A stretch of 52,818 nt of DNA from Candidatus Aenigmatarchaeota archaeon. Lineage in GTDB: Archaea > Aenigmatarchaeota > Aenigmatarchaeia > PWEA01. The position numbers were made by a program, and so were the translations under genes. Below, one piece after another: positions 8,750 to 18,452 of the stretch; positions within the stretch are counted from its first letter, which is position 1, and every line of letters begins with the position of its first letter. Where the stretch lies: NCBI GenBank assembly GCA_046539305.1, contig JBKHHE010000005.1, positions 1-52,818 on the forward strand, given 5' to 3'. A model generated the notes under the pieces. That model was not told where the DNA came from, did no database searches, and saw nothing but the letters and a program-made list of their open reading frames with translations.

Positions 8750-8896
8750 ATGAAGAAGATAGTTTTGAAAGAATGGGAGGACAGAGGTACTTCAAAGGTC
8801 AAGATATCCTTTCAGAACGAAGAAAGGGGGATGAAAGAGGCCATACTCCCAAGGGAAAAGGTAAGCGAATTTCTGGAAGAAAGTGGATGGTTCTAA
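8750..8896 (+). CDS. 48-aa hypothetical microprotein between cdc6 and the DP1-like gene
   Basis: MKKIVLKEWEDRGTSKVKISFQNEERGMKEAILPREKVSEFLEESGWF*. Starts 2 nt after the cdc6 stop; its TAA overlaps the next ATG (TAATG). Confidence 0.65.
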   Translation: MKKIVLKEWEDRGTSKVKISFQNEERGMKEAILPREKVSEFLEESGWF

Positions 8897-9915
8897 TGAG
8901 TGTGGTCGAAGAATTTCTTGAGAAAGGCAAGCTCATCTCTCCCGGAGCAGAGGAAGAAGTCCGAAACCTCGAAGAGAAGGAAGTCCAGGACCTCCTAAGT
9001 TCTTCTTCTTTGGTCGTAGGCCAGGAGGATATTAAGAGGATGGAGACACCACAACCTGTTATCGAAAGTGAAGAGGTGGTGAAGAAGGATGAGATACACG
9101 TTTCCAATTTCACGGAGTTTTACCTTGAGAGGTTCAAGTTCCTTAAGGAGGAAATCAAGCAAAGAATGAAAGACAAGGATGTTTCGTCTATAAAGAACGT
9201 CTCCGGCGGAGAGGCCTCTATAATAGGGATGGTCAGAAGTCAGGAAGATGGGAAAGCGGTTGTGGAAGACAACACAGGCAAAATAACCCTCAGGACACCG
9301 GAGAACTTTCTGGAGGACGAAGTTATAGGGGCCACGGGCAAAGTCATAGAAAACGAAGAGGTGGTGATGAGCCCTGAAAAGATTTTCTACCCCGACGTTC
9401 CCCTCGACAAAGACGTGAAGAGCCTTGAACGGGACCTGAGGGCGCTCTTTGTTTCCGAGATTGACAAAAATTCGGAGGAGAAGATAAAGGAGCTCAACCC
9501 CGACTATGTATTCTCCACGGGTGAGGTGGAGGACTCCGGTCGGATAGGCAGTTACGTGGTTTTTGTATCAGAAACCCCCAACGAATATTCTGGAACGGAT
9601 CCCGTGCGCTGCGATATAGAGGACCTGAGGATACTTATCCATGAGGGAAGCGCAGCTAACAAGGCACAGGAAGAGCTAGGGTATGACAGGAGAAAGACAG
9701 TTATATCCCTACTCAAGAAGAGGCACCTCAACCCCATAGAGATGCACTCTCTCAGGGACAAATATCTCCTCAAGGAGGTCCCTGATATAATCCATACTTC
9801 CGATGGCGAAGATGCCGCGGTGAACTACAAGGGCGTGACCCTCCTCTCGACCACAGAAGAAACAGGCTTTCTAGTTAATCTAGGAACCAGAGAGATAGAA
9901 GAAGTAGAACTTTAG
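8896..9915 (+). CDS. Inactivated paralog of DNA polymerase D small subunit (DP1 / B-subunit-like)
   Basis: DP1-like segments FLEKGKLISP, F..FY..RF..LK, OB fold IIGMV...EDNTG...DEVIG..G, IFYPDVP, LLKKRHLNP, EVPDIIHT and YKGV.L. The phosphoesterase metal ligands (SDxH, GD, GNHD, GHxH) are absent. Confidence 0.8.
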   Translation: MSVVEEFLEKGKLISPGAEEEVRNLEEKEVQDLLSSSSLVVGQEDIKRMETPQPVIESEEVVKKDEIHVSNFTEFYLERFKFLKEEIKQRMKDKDVSSIKNVSGGEASIIGMVRSQEDGKAVVEDNTGKITLRTPENFLEDEVIGATGKVIENEEVVMSPEKIFYPDVPLDKDVKSLERDLRALFVSEIDKNSEEKIKELNPDYVFSTGEVEDSGRIGSYVVFVSETPNEYSGTDPVRCDIEDLRILIHEGSAANKAQEELGYDRRKTVISLLKKRHLNPIEMHSLRDKYLLKEVPDIIHTSDGEDAAVNYKGVTLLSTTEETGFLVNLGTREIEEVEL

Positions 9916-9997
9916 CTCACCGACGATCAACTATTGACTGTTGTATATTCTTTCAAGTCAAGAAATGCATTTTATTAATGAAAACAAAGGTTGTGTT

Positions 9998-12733
9998 ATG
10001 AAAGTCCAGGTTCTAGACGCGGACTACAGGATGATAAACAACCACCCCGTCACGAGGCTGTTTGGGAAGACGGAAGACGGGGAAACGGTCTGTGTCCTGG
10101 ACGAAGACTTCAGACCTTATTTCTACTGCTTGCCAAGAAACAACAACGGTGCCAGAGAGGACATCCTTGAGCTCCTTGAGGAAGAGTTCCCTGGAGAGGT
10201 GGAGAAGATTGAAGAAGTGGAGAGATACCTCCCGATTGGTTTCAACCCCGACAAGGAAAAGATTCTGAAGATAGTTCTTCGGAATCCCTCCAAGGTCCCC
10301 GAGCTGAGAAAATACCTCGGTAGGAACAACGCCGTCGAAGAGCTGTACGAGACGGACATACTCTTCAAGTACAGATATCTGTTGGACCATTCAACCGGTG
10401 GGATGCGCTGGGTAGAGGTGGACGGGAGCTACGTGGACACCGACACCGTAGATTGCAAAGCTATCCAGGCCGAAGATATAGAGCCATTGGATCTCACGGA
10501 GAACCAGGACCTCACCTATCTTTCCTTTGACATAGAATGTATACCGGAAGAGGAGGGAAGGATGGTGGATGCCGAGAAGGATCCAATAGTCCTCATCTCC
10601 TGCTCCTTTGAGCCCGAGTTCAGGGGAGATAAAAACATGGTGCTTGTGGCGAAGGGCGGTAACACCTCGGGAACACATTTCCGGAACGAGGAGGCAATGC
10701 TGGAGGAGTTCCTGAAGATAATAGAGGATTACGATCCCGATGTCATAACCGGATACAACGTCGAGGACTTCGATCTCCCCTATCTGCTCACAAGGCTGAA
10801 GAAATACGACTTGGACAGAGACTTTGGGAGGTGTGGGAAAAATGTCTATGCTAGAAACTACGGCAGTGGAACCGACGTCAATATAACGGGCAGGGTAGTG
10901 GTCGATCCCTATATAATTCTTAAAAACGACGTCTATCGAAGGATGATGAGATACGACCTTGACACGGTATCAAAGGAGCTCCTCGGTGAAGGTAAGGAGG
11001 ATGTGGAGTACGAGGAGATGAAGGAACTCTGGAACTCTGGAGGCGAGGACCTCCAGCGCTTCGTGAAATACTGTGAGAAGGACGCCAGCCTCGCTCTCCG
11101 ACTTCTCACGGAAAAAAGCCTCTTGGACAAGTTCTTTGAACTGGCGAAGACCTCCCGGCTCCTTCTAGGTGACTGTTTTGGCGGGCAGACGCAACGGGTC
11201 AGCAACATGCTCCTTTACGAGTTCATGAAGAGAGATTTTGTGTTCCCACAGAAACCTTCGGATGAGGAGGTGGGAAAACGGAAGGACAGGAGGGAGGAAG
11301 AAGCACTAAAAGGCGGCCTAGTCCTCGAGCCGGAGAAAGGTCTCCATACCGATTCATGTATATCCGTCCTGGACTTCAAATCCCTGTATCCCTCCATAAT
11401 GGGCACCTACAACATATGTCCTTCAACCCTTCTGGGGGGAAGCCCGGAGGAACATGGCCTCGACGAGGAAGATGTTCACGAGTCCCCATCTGGGGGTAGG
11501 TTCGTGAAAAGGGACACAAGGAAAGGAATACTTGCGAAGACCGTCGAGGACCTTATAGATGCAAGGACTGAAGTGAAGAAAAAAAGAAAAGAGGCGAAGC
11601 AGGAGGGCAACGAGGAAAAGTATGACAGGCTGGACGCCAAACAACACGCGTTAAAGATAATGACAAACAGCTTCTACGGCTACACAGGCTACTACAGGAC
11701 AAGGCTTTACAGGCTCGAGATAGCAAACGCCATAACTTCCTATGGGAGGAGAACCATAGAGAAGACGAGGGACATGGTCCAGGAGAAATTTGGAATAAAA
11801 ACAGTCTACGGCGACACTGATTCAATCATGGTTAACGCCAAAACCAAAAACCTTGACGAGGCCCAGGACCTTTCACAGAAGATATCCAAGTTCGTTACCG
11901 ACGAACTTCCGGGGCGGCTGATACTGGAACCGGAAAAAATCTACAGAAGTTTCCTCATACTGACCAAGAAAAGGTATGCGGGATGGGCTTTCGAAAAAAC
12001 AAACGGGGATTGGGAGGAAGATATAGACATGAAGGGTATAGAGACCGTTAGGAGGGACTGGCCTCCCATAGTTTCCGAAACCATGGAGGATGTTATAGAC
12101 ATAATTCTGAAGGAGGGAGATATAAACAAAGCCATAGAACACGTCCAGGAGAAAATAGAAAAACTATCCAGGGGCGAGGTCCCTCTCGAGCAGCTTGCGG
12201 TCGTGAAATCCATAACAAAGAAACTCGAAAACTACGACGGAGTCTTACCTCATATAGAGCTGGCGAAAAAAATAAAGGATAGAAACCCCTCCAACCCTCC
12301 CACACCAGGGCAGAGAATTCCCTACGTGATAATCAAGGGAAATCAGATGTTGTCAAAGCGCGTGGAACACCCGGACTACATAAAGGAGAACGATTTGAAA
12401 GTGGACTCTGGCTACTACATAAACTCCCAGCTTTTACCCCCACTTGAACGAATATTCAACGTTATAGGTGTAGACAAACAGGAGTTGCTGGGGGATGGAA
12501 GACAGGCGACGATGGACGAGATAGTCAACGGCGGCTCGGTTGACAGGGACAGGGATGTTTCAGTGAACAAGGATCCAAGAGAAACCACGGTGGAAGAACT
12601 CAACGGGTTCGAATGCAAGGAATGTGGGAAGAAGTTCAGACGTGTTCCGCTTAAAGGCAAATGCGGGTGTGGTGGCGAGATTTACTTCGTTGGAAACGGG
12701 TCAATAGGAAAGAAGGTGGCCGCAAACGCCTGA
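9998..12733 (+). CDS. polB: Family B DNA polymerase with C-terminal DP2-type Zn finger
   Basis: Exo motifs FDIEC, GYNVEDFDLPYL, YCEKD; Pol motifs DFKSLYPS, KIMTNSFYGY, YGDTDS, KKRY; C-terminal CKEC-x12-CGCGG. Confidence 0.95.
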   Translation: MKVQVLDADYRMINNHPVTRLFGKTEDGETVCVLDEDFRPYFYCLPRNNNGAREDILELLEEEFPGEVEKIEEVERYLPIGFNPDKEKILKIVLRNPSKVPELRKYLGRNNAVEELYETDILFKYRYLLDHSTGGMRWVEVDGSYVDTDTVDCKAIQAEDIEPLDLTENQDLTYLSFDIECIPEEEGRMVDAEKDPIVLISCSFEPEFRGDKNMVLVAKGGNTSGTHFRNEEAMLEEFLKIIEDYDPDVITGYNVEDFDLPYLLTRLKKYDLDRDFGRCGKNVYARNYGSGTDVNITGRVVVDPYIILKNDVYRRMMRYDLDTVSKELLGEGKEDVEYEEMKELWNSGGEDLQRFVKYCEKDASLALRLLTEKSLLDKFFELAKTSRLLLGDCFGGQTQRVSNMLLYEFMKRDFVFPQKPSDEEVGKRKDRREEEALKGGLVLEPEKGLHTDSCISVLDFKSLYPSIMGTYNICPSTLLGGSPEEHGLDEEDVHESPSGGRFVKRDTRKGILAKTVEDLIDARTEVKKKRKEAKQEGNEEKYDRLDAKQHALKIMTNSFYGYTGYYRTRLYRLEIANAITSYGRRTIEKTRDMVQEKFGIKTVYGDTDSIMVNAKTKNLDEAQDLSQKISKFVTDELPGRLILEPEKIYRSFLILTKKRYAGWAFEKTNGDWEEDIDMKGIETVRRDWPPIVSETMEDVIDIILKEGDINKAIEHVQEKIEKLSRGEVPLEQLAVVKSITKKLENYDGVLPHIELAKKIKDRNPSNPPTPGQRIPYVIIKGNQMLSKRVEHPDYIKENDLKVDSGYYINSQLLPPLERIFNVIGVDKQELLGDGRQATMDEIVNGGSVDRDRDVSVNKDPRETTVEELNGFECKECGKKFRRVPLKGKCGCGGEIYFVGNGSIGKKVAANA

Positions 12734-12754
12734 GAAATCTTTCGGTTCCGGATA

Positions 12755-13939
12755 TTACACCAGGAAAAACAAAATTACAGGGAACAGTATAGATCCCATA
12801 AGATAACTCCTTCTACATCCCGATAGAATGGCTCCAAGCCCCAGAAACGACCCGATAACAGTGACGGATAGGCCTCTTATACCCGTAAGGACCAGCGACA
12901 CCAAGAGAATAAAAATTATAATCCCAACACAGAGGGCCCGGTAGTTTACCTTTCGGAAGATTCCAAGGCTTCGTTTACCTAGATATATGGTCGTGTATGC
13001 AGCCAGACCCGCCGAAATCAGACCCACAAGGACGAACATTACCGCGTTGTTGAGGGTCATAGCTTCCATGAGGTTTTTGACCGCCACCGCGATACCGCTC
13101 CTTCCCTTACCTATAAGGTAAACTGCCAGAAGGGAGAGTATTATATTAGAGGTATTGACGCCCCCAATAGCGAGCATGAACCCTCTCTCATCTTCCTCAC
13201 CCGTTAGTTCTCTGGCGACGTATGTGGCCTGTGCGGACCCTATGCCAGGGAGAAGACCCACGACCATGCCAGCTATTGAGCCTATCGTCCCTTCCTTCAG
13301 GGCCTTTCTCCCTCCTATATAGCTTATGGACTTGTTTTGGGGTGGTATTTCTGGGTCTCTTCTCACTGAGTTCAGGAGTATCGACACGCCGAACAGCCCG
13401 CTCAGAAGTGGAAACAGGTCGTGCTGCGTTCCAATGAAGTTATACTCCAGCACGACGTACCCAAGAAGCCCAGACAGGAGAAAGAAAACCACCGAATCAA
13501 ACCTCCTGTCTTTGTATACCATGAACCCTATTATGAGCAGAAGCGCTACGTGTATATATCCCTCAATAAAACCGTAAATACTGTCTATAGTCATTACGAA
13601 GAGGGGAAAGGAAATCGCCACCAGGACTGCGGAGACAATCCCTCCAACCGCAGTCAGACGTATAGCCTCCAACCCCCTTCCTTTGAGCAGGAGCTCGTGC
13701 CCCGGGAGAACGGACAGGGCCGTGGAGGCGGAGGGGGCGCCCAGATATACGGCGGGGATAAAGCTTACAAACGTGTTGGTGACCCCGGCTGCTACGAGCA
13801 TTACTGACGATTCCATGGGAGGAAAAAACAGGTAGCTGAGCGCGAGTGTGGCCAGAAGATTGGGATGGACCCCCGGTATTAATCCAGTTATTACCCCCAG
13901 CAGAAAACCAAGGAGTATGTATAGGAGGAGGTTTAACAT
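12755..13939 (-). CDS. Tripartite tricarboxylate transporter TctA-family permease (archaeal type)
   Basis: GLIPGVHPN, LSVLPGH, GLLPGIG and many TM helices. Confidence 0.8.
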   Translation of the reverse strand: MLNLLLYILLGFLLGVITGLIPGVHPNLLATLALSYLFFPPMESSVMLVAAGVTNTFVSFIPAVYLGAPSASTALSVLPGHELLLKGRGLEAIRLTAVGGIVSAVLVAISFPLFVMTIDSIYGFIEGYIHVALLLIIGFMVYKDRRFDSVVFFLLSGLLGYVVLEYNFIGTQHDLFPLLSGLFGVSILLNSVRRDPEIPPQNKSISYIGGRKALKEGTIGSIAGMVVGLLPGIGSAQATYVARELTGEEDERGFMLAIGGVNTSNIILSLLAVYLIGKGRSGIAVAVKNLMEAMTLNNAVMFVLVGLISAGLAAYTTIYLGKRSLGIFRKVNYRALCVGIIIFILLVSLVLTGIRGLSVTVIGSFLGLGAILSGCRRSYLMGSILFPVILFFLV

Positions 13940-14011
13940 CTATTCCACACCCAATTTCCTACAGATAGGGAAAATTTAAATAGCTTCTCCTTAAAAATTA
14001 ACAGGAGAGGG

Positions 14012-14764
14012 ATGTCATCCGAGAATTCTCCGTCCTTTAACAAACCCAGCAAAGACATGCTGAAGAAACGGCTAAAGAAAAAGATTTCAGGCGAGATAGT
14101 CCTTTCAGATAATCCTGGGAAGACTATAAAGAAATGGAGAGAGATTTTCGAGATATCCCAGAGGACCCTCGCCGACAAAATAAACGTCATGCCTTCGGTG
14201 ATATCCGACTACGAGCTGGGCAGGAGGGAAAGTCCAGGGATAAAGATGATAGAAAAGATAGTCACTGGACTGGTTGAGGTCGACGAGGGGAGGGGTGGGG
14301 AAGTCCTAAAAGAATTTTCGGGCTTCAGGCCCGAAGACATGGTCACTGACGCAATTCTTGATATAAAGGAGTTCTCAAAAGGAGTCACGGTAGGAGATTT
14401 CACTGACGTATGTAACGCGGAGCTTACCACCAACGAAGACCAGAAGAACAAAGAGATATATGGATACTCGATAATAGACTCACTCAAAGCTATAGTTGAC
14501 CTTTCACCATCAGAGCTCGTAAAACTTTACGGCCTTACATCCGAGAGGGCTCTCATTTTCACGAAGGTTACAACCGGGAGAAGTCCTATGGTCGCTATAA
14601 AGGTCACAAACCTCAAACCCGGGCTCGTGGTCCTACATGGAGATATCGACGAGGCCGATGAGCTTGCCGCGAGGGTTGCAGAGGTGGAGAACGTTCCTCT
14701 CGCAGTTTCAAGGGCCTCCGACCTTGAAGAGCTCAAGGAAAACCTTACAAGCAAGTTCGGTTAA
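14012..14764 (+). CDS. XRE-HTH transcriptional regulator (COG1709-like)
   Basis: GEIVLSDNPG.TIKKWREIF.ISQ..LA, SVISDYE.GRR.SPG, RALIFTKVTTGRSPMVAIKV. Start may be ATG 14057. Confidence 0.8.
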   Translation: MSSENSPSFNKPSKDMLKKRLKKKISGEIVLSDNPGKTIKKWREIFEISQRTLADKINVMPSVISDYELGRRESPGIKMIEKIVTGLVEVDEGRGGEVLKEFSGFRPEDMVTDAILDIKEFSKGVTVGDFTDVCNAELTTNEDQKNKEIYGYSIIDSLKAIVDLSPSELVKLYGLTSERALIFTKVTTGRSPMVAIKVTNLKPGLVVLHGDIDEADELAARVAEVENVPLAVSRASDLEELKENLTSKFG

Positions 14765-14773
14765 CGTGATAAG

Positions 14774-14971
14774 ATGTTTGAAAAATGGATAGTTTTTAGT
14801 GTTCATTTTCTCCTCATGGGCCTGAACATCTTTTTTCTTCTGAAGAACCCTCTTGGGTACTTAATCCTGGGGATAGCGGCATTGATATCCATAATTTTAT
14901 TCGCGTCTGGGTTGATCAAGGACAGGAAAAAGAAAATAAATATAAGGTCCTGGGAACACTCATGGGACTGA
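14774..14971 (+). CDS. Small two-TM membrane protein
   Basis: 65 aa with two hydrophobic segments and a basic tail. Confidence 0.5.
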   Translation: MFEKWIVFSVHFLLMGLNIFFLLKNPLGYLILGIAALISIILFASGLIKDRKKKINIRSWEHSWD

Positions 14972-15346
14972 GCCGTAGTTGTCCAGGAACCCCTCCAGTT
15001 TAACACCCTCCTCCAGTCTTATATTCTTACCTTCCCTTCCGAGGAGCTCGGAGGGAGTTTCGACGTATATAGGGCTCCTGTAGAAACCGTAGGTTATAAG
15101 AGGCTGTGCCCCGATCTTCTCTGCTTCATTCTTTATTTTTTCCACCGTTTCTCGTCCGACGTAGATGTAGTCCCTGTCCTTCTGCCCAGTTTTTTTCGCG
15201 TCCACTATGAAGACTACCCTTCCGTCTTTCATCACAAATATGTCATAGGGAGCAGAGGCCGCCTTTCTCTCCGCCTCGAAGCCACTGTCCCTGAACGTGT
15301 CTCTAACCCTTATTTCGAAGTTGTAGCCTCTCTTGTAGTTCTGCAT
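14960..15346 (-). CDS. hjc: Holliday junction resolvase Hjc-like PD-(D/E)xK nuclease
   Basis: Y.RG..FE..V, R.AAS..YDI, VDAK. Confidence 0.7.
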   Translation of the reverse strand: MQNYKRGYNFEIRVRDTFRDSGFEAERKAASAPYDIFVMKDGRVVFIVDAKKTGQKDRDYIYVGRETVEKIKNEAEKIGAQPLITYGFYRSPIYVETPSELLGREGKNIRLEEGVKLEGFLDNYGSVP

Positions 15347-15404
15347 ACTAAATACTACCCGGGTGAGTTTTTTATAGTTTTAACCCTCATTTAAAACTGA
15401 TAGC

Positions 15405-15923
15405 ATGGCAAAGGTGCTGAGGATAGACGACTTTTCCGATGTCGAACTTTCTATAAAGTCGTCGGGCATCCCAAATCCGCAGGGAATTTACACAGAAGTG
15501 GTTGATATCCTCAGGATGGAATGTAACATAAACGAGAACGACATCAATGAGAAAAAATACTCTCATGAGAAACAGAGGGATACGGAGGTAGTATCTTCCG
15601 AAATCCGTGCCTATAAAGGTCTGGACAAGTTCAGCAAACTCTACTTCAAGATAAAGATATTTATAGAGATGAAACCAGCCAAGGCGGAAGAGTATGATTA
15701 CGTGGGAGATGTGGAGATCAGGGGAACCGGAAGGGTAAGGACCGAATACCCCCAGGAGAATTGGCTTCAGCAGTCCATTCTCTGGCACGCCTTCCGAGTT
15801 TTTTACGAAAAACTTATCTACGGAGACGTCAAAGAGGTCTACATCCAGAAGTGCAACAAGTATATGAGAATATTGAGGGATGACGTCAAAAGCTACTTTG
15901 ATATGCTACCCACAGTCAGGTAA
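15405..15923 (+). CDS. Hypothetical protein (172 aa)
   Basis: Full-length ORF with normal composition; no recognisable motif. Confidence 0.7.
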   Translation: MAKVLRIDDFSDVELSIKSSGIPNPQGIYTEVVDILRMECNINENDINEKKYSHEKQRDTEVVSSEIRAYKGLDKFSKLYFKIKIFIEMKPAKAEEYDYVGDVEIRGTGRVRTEYPQENWLQQSILWHAFRVFYEKLIYGDVKEVYIQKCNKYMRILRDDVKSYFDMLPTVR

Positions 15924-16049
15924 GTTTTAATATCTTTCTAACCAAGGTCCCTTTGGGCCCACCTCGATCAGTCCTGTGGAACTTTCCAAACGGAAAAAAT
16001 GTATCAGGATGTTATGGGTGGGCCAAATTATTTTTCCCAGGTGGCAAGT

Positions 16050-16379
16050 ATGGAAAATTTGCAGAAAATTTTTGACAAGTTGGACTGCCCTGTGATAGTT
16101 GAAGGGAAATCGGATGTTGCTGTTATGGAGGACTTCCAAATGGATGAGATCGTTTCCCTCAACGGCAGACCTCTCTACCGTGTGGCCTCTTCCGTATCAA
16201 GGACAGCAGACGAGGCTCTTGTACTCACGGACTTCGACAGCGAAGGGGAAAAGATTGCAAAGAAGCTGAACGTGTTTCTTGAACGTTTTGGTGTAGTGCC
16301 TAAAAACTCCATCAGAGGAAAGATAAAGGAGATAGTAACAAAGGAAGGGGTTTCACAGATTGAAAACATAAAGAGCTAG
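16050..16379 (+). CDS. Small standalone TOPRIM-domain protein
   Basis: VIVEGKSD and LTDFDSEGE motifs. Confidence 0.85.
   Translation: MENLQKIFDKLDCPVIVEGKSDVAVMEDFQMDEIVSLNGRPLYRVASSVSRTADEALVLTDFDSEGEKIAKKLNVFLERFGVVPKNSIRGKIKEIVTKEGVSQIENIKS
16292..16305 (-). repeat. Dispersed motif copy 6 (TGTAGTGCCTAAAA on + strand), intragenic
   Basis: Exact 14-bp match inside the TOPRIM gene (encodes GVVPKN). Confidence 0.8.
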
Positions 16380-16401
16380 GCCCTATTGGCCCAAAAACAT
16401 A

Positions 16402-17577
16402 TCACACCGTTTCCATTTCCGTATCCATAGAGGTCAGCACTTTGTGACCACCTCCTTGGACCACCACCACGTCTTCTATCCTTACACCCCCTACATCTGG
16501 GTGATATAGACCAGGTTCGATAGCTATTACGTTTCCTCTTTCCAGCTCCGACTCGCTGCCATCACTTATATGAGGTCTTTCGTGCACTTCCAGCCCGACT
16601 CCGTGGCCGGTGGAGTGGGGGAATGCGGGCTCCCCTTCATCTTTCCGGTGCGTTGAAAACCCATATTTTTCGAAGACCTCGCACACCACGTCATCAACTT
16701 CCGAGGCCTTGGTACCGGGTTTTATTTTTGCCAGACCCGTTTCCCTGGCTTCGAGGACCGCGCGATACATTTCCTTCAGGGCTCCAGAAACCTCTCCCTT
16801 CACAAAGGTTCTCGTCATGTCACCGTGGTATCTGCTTGATGTCCTAACCGGGAACACATCGACTATTATAGGCTTACCAGCCTCCAGTTCCTTCTCATCT
16901 TCGCGTCTAGGGTGTGGGATACTGCTTCTACTCCCCGAGGCAACTATAATATCCTCGGCGGTACATCCCCACTCCACAAGTTCGTGTAGAATCGCCTTCT
17001 TGAGGTCACCTTCGGTAAGGGCTTCACCCTTGAATACTAGGGCGCCTTCTTTGGTTTTCGCCCCCGAAAGAATTTCCTTTACCTTTCTTATAGAGCTTGC
17101 CGCAGCCTCCTGTGCTCTTTTGACCTCCTGGACCTCTTCCCCATCTTTCCGTTCTCTAAGCTCCTTTACTTTGTTCTCGACCACCCTTACTTCGTAGTCT
17201 TTGTCCAGCTCTTTATAGAGATCCACAGGAAACCTGCCCGTGATCCCAATCTTTCCCGAGTTAACCCCCTTACTTTCAAGGAGCTGGGCTATCATTAACG
17301 ACTTTTTCTTGTACCTGGCCTCATCCTTACCTTCCTTCTCCGGTTTCAGGTCTTCAGGTGCAAGGACTTCCTCAACCCTGGTCTTCTCCCCGGCCCTTTC
17401 CTTCTCCAGCTTGTTTACAAGAAGAACCTCCTCTCCTCCAACGTTGATGTATATAAATCCATCGGAAGTTAAGAGCCCGCTCATGTAGTGAATGTTTGGA
17501 TTGGCGTAGCTGTTTCCTTCGAGAATTAGCGCGTCAATACCTTCAAGCCTTTCCCATAGATCCTTTCCCAATCCCAT
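16402..17577 (-). CDS. Xaa-Pro aminopeptidase (M24 family)
   Basis: DVFP, GDMTRT, HSTGHGVGLEVHE, EPGLY and GVRIED. Confidence 0.92.
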   Translation of the reverse strand: MGLGKDLWERLEGIDALILEGNSYANPNIHYMSGLLTSDGFIYINVGGEEVLLVNKLEKERAGEKTRVEEVLAPEDLKPEKEGKDEARYKKKSLMIAQLLESKGVNSGKIGITGRFPVDLYKELDKDYEVRVVENKVKELRERKDGEEVQEVKRAQEAAASSIRKVKEILSGAKTKEGALVFKGEALTEGDLKKAILHELVEWGCTAEDIIVASGSRSSIPHPRREDEKELEAGKPIIVDVFPVRTSSRYHGDMTRTFVKGEVSGALKEMYRAVLEARETGLAKIKPGTKASEVDDVVCEVFEKYGFSTHRKDEGEPAFPHSTGHGVGLEVHERPHISDGSESELERGNVIAIEPGLYHPDVGGVRIEDVVVVQGGGHKVLTSMDTEMETV

Positions 17578-17662
17578 GGATAGAAATAAACCTTCAACTA
17601 ATAAAAATTAACTCGGAACTTCGGATCTTAAACTTTAAAAGATTCACCCTCCAATTATTATT

Positions 17663-18070
17663 ATGGCTGAGAAAACAGTCGAGGAAGCTGAGGACCTGGA
17701 CACGGGCATTGTTAGAAAGATAGTTGAAACTGTTGACGTGAAAAGCGATAGGCTGGAAGAAATTCATTCAAAGCTGGACAGCCTCGACAAAAGGGCAGAC
17801 AGGATAGAAGGAAAACTGGACAAACTTATAACCAACGGCACGGAGAAATCAGACCTCAAGGACGTCCACAGAAGGATAATAGACTTGCTTCAAAGCTGGA
17901 TGTCAACCAAAAACTTGGCCAGGATATTGAACTACAGACAGGAATACGTCAGCCGAAAGGTCTCCGAACTCAAGAACATGGACCTCGTAGAGGAAAAAAG
18001 AGAGGGAAAGTCCATACTTTACAGGAGGAAGGACGGTGTGAAGGAGGCAATGGAAGAAGAGGAAGATTGA
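17663..18070 (+). CDS. Coiled-coil + ArsR-like winged-HTH protein
   Basis: Heptad region, then LARILNYRQEYVSRKVSELKNMDLVEEKREGKSILY. Confidence 0.65.
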   Translation: MAEKTVEEAEDLDTGIVRKIVETVDVKSDRLEEIHSKLDSLDKRADRIEGKLDKLITNGTEKSDLKDVHRRIIDLLQSWMSTKNLARILNYRQEYVSRKVSELKNMDLVEEKREGKSILYRRKDGVKEAMEEEED

Positions 18071-18077
18071 CGCCATA

Positions 18078-18452
18078 TTATTTTAGAACCTTTACTTCGA
18101 CCGGTATGACCTGCAGTTCACCTTCATAAAGCTCTACATCTCCTTCCACCTCTAACCTTCTGGTATTTTTCAGAACTGTGGGGTCCAAATCCATACTTTC
18201 AAGGTCGTCATTGAAGAGCACCACATTAATTTCCCCTGTTCCATCCTTCACGTGAAAGAACAAATGTCCATCATCATGTAAATAGGGGTTCTCCATGGTT
18301 CCTTCTACTTTGATTCGCCTACCCACATCATCTTCTCCCAATGACCCTATTTCGACTTTTTTGGGTTCACTGATCCTAACAAACACGAAGAGCGATACAA
18401 TTCCAATTACTGAAACTAATATGCAGAGACGACGTAGTTTTTCATCCTTCAT
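18078..18452 (-). CDS. Membrane-anchored OB-fold nucleic-acid-binding protein
   Basis: N-terminal TM, then GHLFFHVKDGTGEINVVLF...VEG.V..YEGELQV. Confidence 0.75.
   Translation of the reverse strand: MKDEKLRRLCILVSVIGIVSLFVFVRISEPKKVEIGSLGEDDVGRRIKVEGTMENPYLHDDGHLFFHVKDGTGEINVVLFNDDLESMDLDPTVLKNTRRLEVEGDVELYEGELQVIPVEVKVLK

Noticed and set aside
8773-8895. N-terminal extension of the DP1-like ORF
   Set aside because: Atypical basic sequence overlapping a better 48-aa ORF; DP1 similarity begins at ATG 8896.
9998-12733. Intein in PolB
   Set aside because: Motif spacing is normal and no intein termini or LAGLIDADG blocks are seen; the extra length is the C-terminal Zn-finger region.
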